Assembly: GCA_011374625.1 (NCBI GenBank)
Contig: DRPN01000142.1
Location: forward strand, 1 to 62,509
DNA: 62,509 nucleotides
Reading direction: 5' to 3'
Source: Bacteroidota bacterium
GTDB lineage: Bacteria > Bacteroidota > Bacteroidia > Bacteroidales > VadinHA17
Shown: piece after piece, positions 60,087 to 62,509 of the stretch
How positions within the stretch are numbered: the stretch's first letter is position 1
Layout of the letters: every line of letters starts with the position of its first letter
Notes under the pieces: generated by a model
What the model was told of the DNA's origin: nothing
The model's input: the letters and a program-made list of their open reading frames with translations, nothing else
The model's database searches: none
Program-made: the position numbers and the translations under genes

Positions 60087-61214
60087 ATGAGAATATTGAT
60101 CATTGGTCCTGCTTATCCCTTGCGAGGCGGCCTGTCCGTTATCGATGAGGCCATGTGCAGGGCTTTTTTGAAAGAAGGCCATGAGGCAGCTATTGTAACC
60201 TATAAGCTGCAATATCCCGGATTTCTTTTTCCCGGAAAGACCCAGATGGCCGACGGCCCGCCACCCGACGGTCTGGAGATCCATGTGTGGATGAACAGTA
60301 TCAATCCCCTCAACTGGGTATCTACGGCCTGCAAAATCAACTGCCTGAAACCCGACCTGTTGATCTTTCGCAACTGGATCCCTTTCATGGGCCCCTGTTT
60401 TGGTACCATCGTACGTTTCCTGAAAAAAAGCATCACCGTGCTGGCGGTGGTGGATAACCTTTATCCCCATGAGAAGCGCCCCGGCGACCGGCTGCTCACC
60501 AACTACTTCCTGCGCAAGATCGACGGATATATCACCTTTTCGAAGACGGTACTCCGGCAACTGGAGGAGAACGGTTTCAAAAATATCATCTATACCCCTC
60601 ATCCCCTCGATGACAACCTGGGTGAGCGGGTAACGAAGAGGGAGGCCTGCCACCGGTTGGGACTGGATCCTGCACAGCACTATGTGCTTTTCTTTGGTTT
60701 CGTGCGGCGATACAAAGGTCTCGATCTGCTGTTGGAGTCGTTCGCCAGGCCGGAGGTGCAGAGCCTCGGCCTGAAGCTGCTGGTGGTGGGAGAGTTTTAT
60801 GATGATAAGGAGAAATACATGAAGATCATCGAAGAAAACGGTTTGCAGGATACAGTGAGGGTCATCGATGCTTTTGTGCCGGTGCCGGAGGTACGGTATT
60901 ATTTCTCGGCAGCCGACCTGGTGACACAGACCTATCACTCCGCCTCGCAGAGCGGCATCACCCAGATAGCCTATCACTTCGAAAAACCTATGTTGGTGAC
61001 CAACGTTGGGGGACTGAGGGAATATGTTCCGCATGGCAAGGTGGGATATGTGGTGGAAAAAGATCCCAAAGCCATTGCCGCCGCCATCGCCGACTTTTTT
61101 ACCCGTAACCGCGGTCCGGAGTTTGAACCTCATATCCGGGAAGAAAAAAAGAAGTATTCCTGGGAGATTTTTGTAAAGAATGTGCTGGGATTATATGAAC
61201 GTGTAAGGAAATAA
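60087..61214 (+). CDS. Glycosyltransferase family 4 (GT-B fold)
   Basis: 375 aa. MRILIIGPAYPLRGG and an EX7E-like region SQSGITQIAYHFEKP. Confidence 0.8.
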   Translation: MRILIIGPAYPLRGGLSVIDEAMCRAFLKEGHEAAIVTYKLQYPGFLFPGKTQMADGPPPDGLEIHVWMNSINPLNWVSTACKINCLKPDLLIFRNWIPFMGPCFGTIVRFLKKSITVLAVVDNLYPHEKRPGDRLLTNYFLRKIDGYITFSKTVLRQLEENGFKNIIYTPHPLDDNLGERVTKREACHRLGLDPAQHYVLFFGFVRRYKGLDLLLESFARPEVQSLGLKLLVVGEFYDDKEKYMKIIEENGLQDTVRVIDAFVPVPEVRYYFSAADLVTQTYHSASQSGITQIAYHFEKPMLVTNVGGLREYVPHGKVGYVVEKDPKAIAAAIADFFTRNRGPEFEPHIREEKKKYSWEIFVKNVLGLYERVRK

Positions 61215-61249
61215 TCCGATATTGTTGGAATGACCCGGAGATTTCTCGG

Positions 61250-61298
61250 GCCACGAATGTACACGAATATATTTGTGTTAATTGGTGTCATTAGTGGC
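61250..61298. terminator. Long imperfect hairpin between convergent GT4 and Nudix genes
   Basis: GCCACGAATGTACAC pairs with GTGTCATTAGTGGC: 13 bp with one mismatch and one bulge, and a 20-nt A/T-rich loop. The left arm contains a CACGAAT..CACGAAT direct repeat. Confidence 0.4.
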
Positions 61299-61314
61299 TT
61301 AAAAATTCCGGCGA

Positions 61315-61785
61315 TTAGATTTTAGGTTGATTTTTGGAATTTAAAAGCTCTATCACCTTTTTATCTATCGGCAGTGTAAGAGTGTCAGGGGTAAGCCGTT
61401 TCAGTGACAGCCAGCGGAATGACTGGCCCCTTTCGGCACCGTCAGGGAAATCGAAGGGTTTGTCTGCAACCGGGAAGGAGGGCTGCTCGGTAAATCGGGC
61501 CAGGTAATAAATGCTGACCACCTGTATGCCCGGATGAAATTTCGACTCCTGAAAAAAATCGGTGGTGTAGAGATGGCGGATGATTTCAATATTACAACCG
61601 GTCTCCTCCCGGATCTCCCTTTTGAGGCAGTCAACGGTACCTTCGCCGTACTCCAGCCCGCCACCGGGGAACTTGGTAAAACGGTACCCCATATAACTTT
61701 CGTCACTCAGCAATACTTCCTGCCGTTCATTCAGGAGGATCCCATAGACGCGGATTGTGAAACGGGTGTTGACGGGTTCTGGCAT
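61315..61785 (-). CDS. NUDIX hydrolase
   Basis: 156 aa with the Nudix box GGGLEYGEGTVDCLKREIREETG. Confidence 0.85.
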   Translation of the reverse strand: MPEPVNTRFTIRVYGILLNERQEVLLSDESYMGYRFTKFPGGGLEYGEGTVDCLKREIREETGCNIEIIRHLYTTDFFQESKFHPGIQVVSIYYLARFTEQPSFPVADKPFDFPDGAERGQSFRWLSLKRLTPDTLTLPIDKKVIELLNSKNQPKI

Positions 61786-61812
61786 GGCAATGATTATTGG
61801 TTCTTGTCATTT

Positions 61813-62509
61813 TTATATGGAAGATTCTATCCATTCTATGATTTTATCCTTTTCTTCCGGATGAAACCACCGTATATCGGGATCTTTCCGGAACCAGGTC
61901 AGTTGTTTTCGGGCATATTTCCGGGTGTTGGCTTTGATGCGGGTGATGGCTTCATCGAGGGATATTTTCTTATCGAAGTAATCGAAAAGTTCCTTGTAGC
62001 CCACGGTGTTAAGGGCATTTGTATTCCTGTGAGGGTAGAGCCTCCGGGCCTCTTCCATCAGACCGGTTTCGATCATCCGGTCCACCCGCCTGTTGATACG
62101 GTCGTAGAGCTCTTCGCGGGGCAGGTCGAGCCCTGCTTTCAGAATGCGGAAAGGTCTTTGCTTACGGGTCTGTGTCAGGAAAGAAGAATAGGGACGGCCT
62201 GCCTGCACCGTGATCTCCAGCGCCTTGAGCAGACGCTTGGGATTACGCAGATCCGCTTTCTTATAATATTCGGGGTCCACCTTTTTCAATAGCGACCGCA
62301 ACCCTTCGATACCTTCCCAGGCATACAGCTCTTTCATTTCCTGCCGTACGGCCGGTTCGACAGTGGGGATATCGTCTATCCCGTGACAGACGGCATTGAT
62401 GTACAGACCCGAGCCTCCGGCCATGATCACCGGGTTCATCCGCCTGAAAAGATCCTCCAGCAGCTTTATGACTTCCGTTTCATACATAAAAGCATTGTAA
62501 TAATCATAC
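61813..62509 (-). CDS. miaA: tRNA dimethylallyltransferase, N-terminus beyond the window edge
   Basis: IMAGGSGLYINAV and YARKQLTWFRK motifs. The frame stays open upstream of the listed Met to base 62509, so the true start lies outside the window. Confidence 0.85.
   Translation of the reverse strand, partial: YDYYNAFMYETEVIKLLEDLFRRMNPVIMAGGSGLYINAVCHGIDDIPTVEPAVRQEMKELYAWEGIEGLRSLLKKVDPEYYKKADLRNPKRLLKALEITVQAGRPYSSFLTQTRKQRPFRILKAGLDLPREELYDRINRRVDRMIETGLMEEARRLYPHRNTNALNTVGYKELFDYFDKKISLDEAITRIKANTRKYARKQLTWFRKDPDIRWFHPEEKDKIIEWIESSI

Noticed and set aside
60021-61133. 370-aa minus-strand ORF.
   Set aside because: It is antisense to the GT4 gene, which has clear GT-B and EX7E-type motifs. 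The antisense translation is His/Gln/Gly-rich with no motifs.
1-62509. A search by eye for CRISPR arrays, tRNA or rRNA genes, IS elements or transposases, integrases, toxin-antitoxin pairs and known defence-system genes.
   Set aside because: I saw none of these: no regularly spaced direct repeats, no tRNA-like T-arm/acceptor patterns, no transposase or integrase-like ORFs, and no defence-gene motifs. The only mobile-element-like signals are the small palindromic elements and the gene remnants reported above. tRNAscan-SE, Infernal and CRISPR finders should confirm this.

Overview
The window reads as core chromosome of a Bacteroidota (Bacteroidales-like) genome. The taxon is inferred from TAnnTTTG -7 promoter boxes, PorV/PorQ-like and T9SS-type sequences, DUF families and gene order. 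All product calls come from motif recognition by eye; no searches were run.

Gene content, left to right:
- gltB on the minus strand, bases 1-4271. It is missing from the ORF track because it has no stop inside the window.
- A nine-gene branched-chain amino-acid operon on the minus strand (ilvD-ilvB-ilvN-ilvC-leuA-leuC-leuD-cimA-like-leuB).
- An AT-rich island of gene remnants.
- DUF6165 plus a GT9 heptosyltransferase, then a fused CcsBA.
- Housekeeping genes: M20 dipeptidase, DUF3109, gpmI, cdsA, ftsH, rsfS, birA, aroK, parC/parE, plsC, lplA, obg, adk, hpt, purE.
- Two predicted outer-membrane barrels, a GT2, a GNAT and carB.
- argR-argG-proC-argH, then tsaC.
- A DUF4199-GT2-hddA-hddC-gmhB-GT4 glycan cluster, a Nudix hydrolase and miaA.

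Things the ORF track does not explain:
1. A textbook-style leader-peptide attenuator (MLSIVNIILSILILHRG plus 1:2/2:3/3:4 pairings) upstream of ilvD.
2. An SRP (4.5S) RNA at 55830-55929 on the minus strand.
3. Composite palindromic intergenic elements at three gene junctions. One of them supplies the last codons and the stop of hddA.
4. Gene remnants: an MT-A70 methylase, a T9SS C-terminal domain and the proA 3' end.
5. ARG-box-like sites overlapping the divergent carB and argR -7 boxes.
6. Several strong orphan palindromes.

I see no CRISPR array, tRNA, rRNA, IS element or recognisable defence system. The most speculative candidates for undescribed biology are two. One is the PorV-like plus ComEA-HhH barrel pair at 42582-45556. 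The other is the GtrB-like GT2 with DUF4199 linked to GDP-heptose genes at 56035-61214. Most of the window is ordinary housekeeping sequence.
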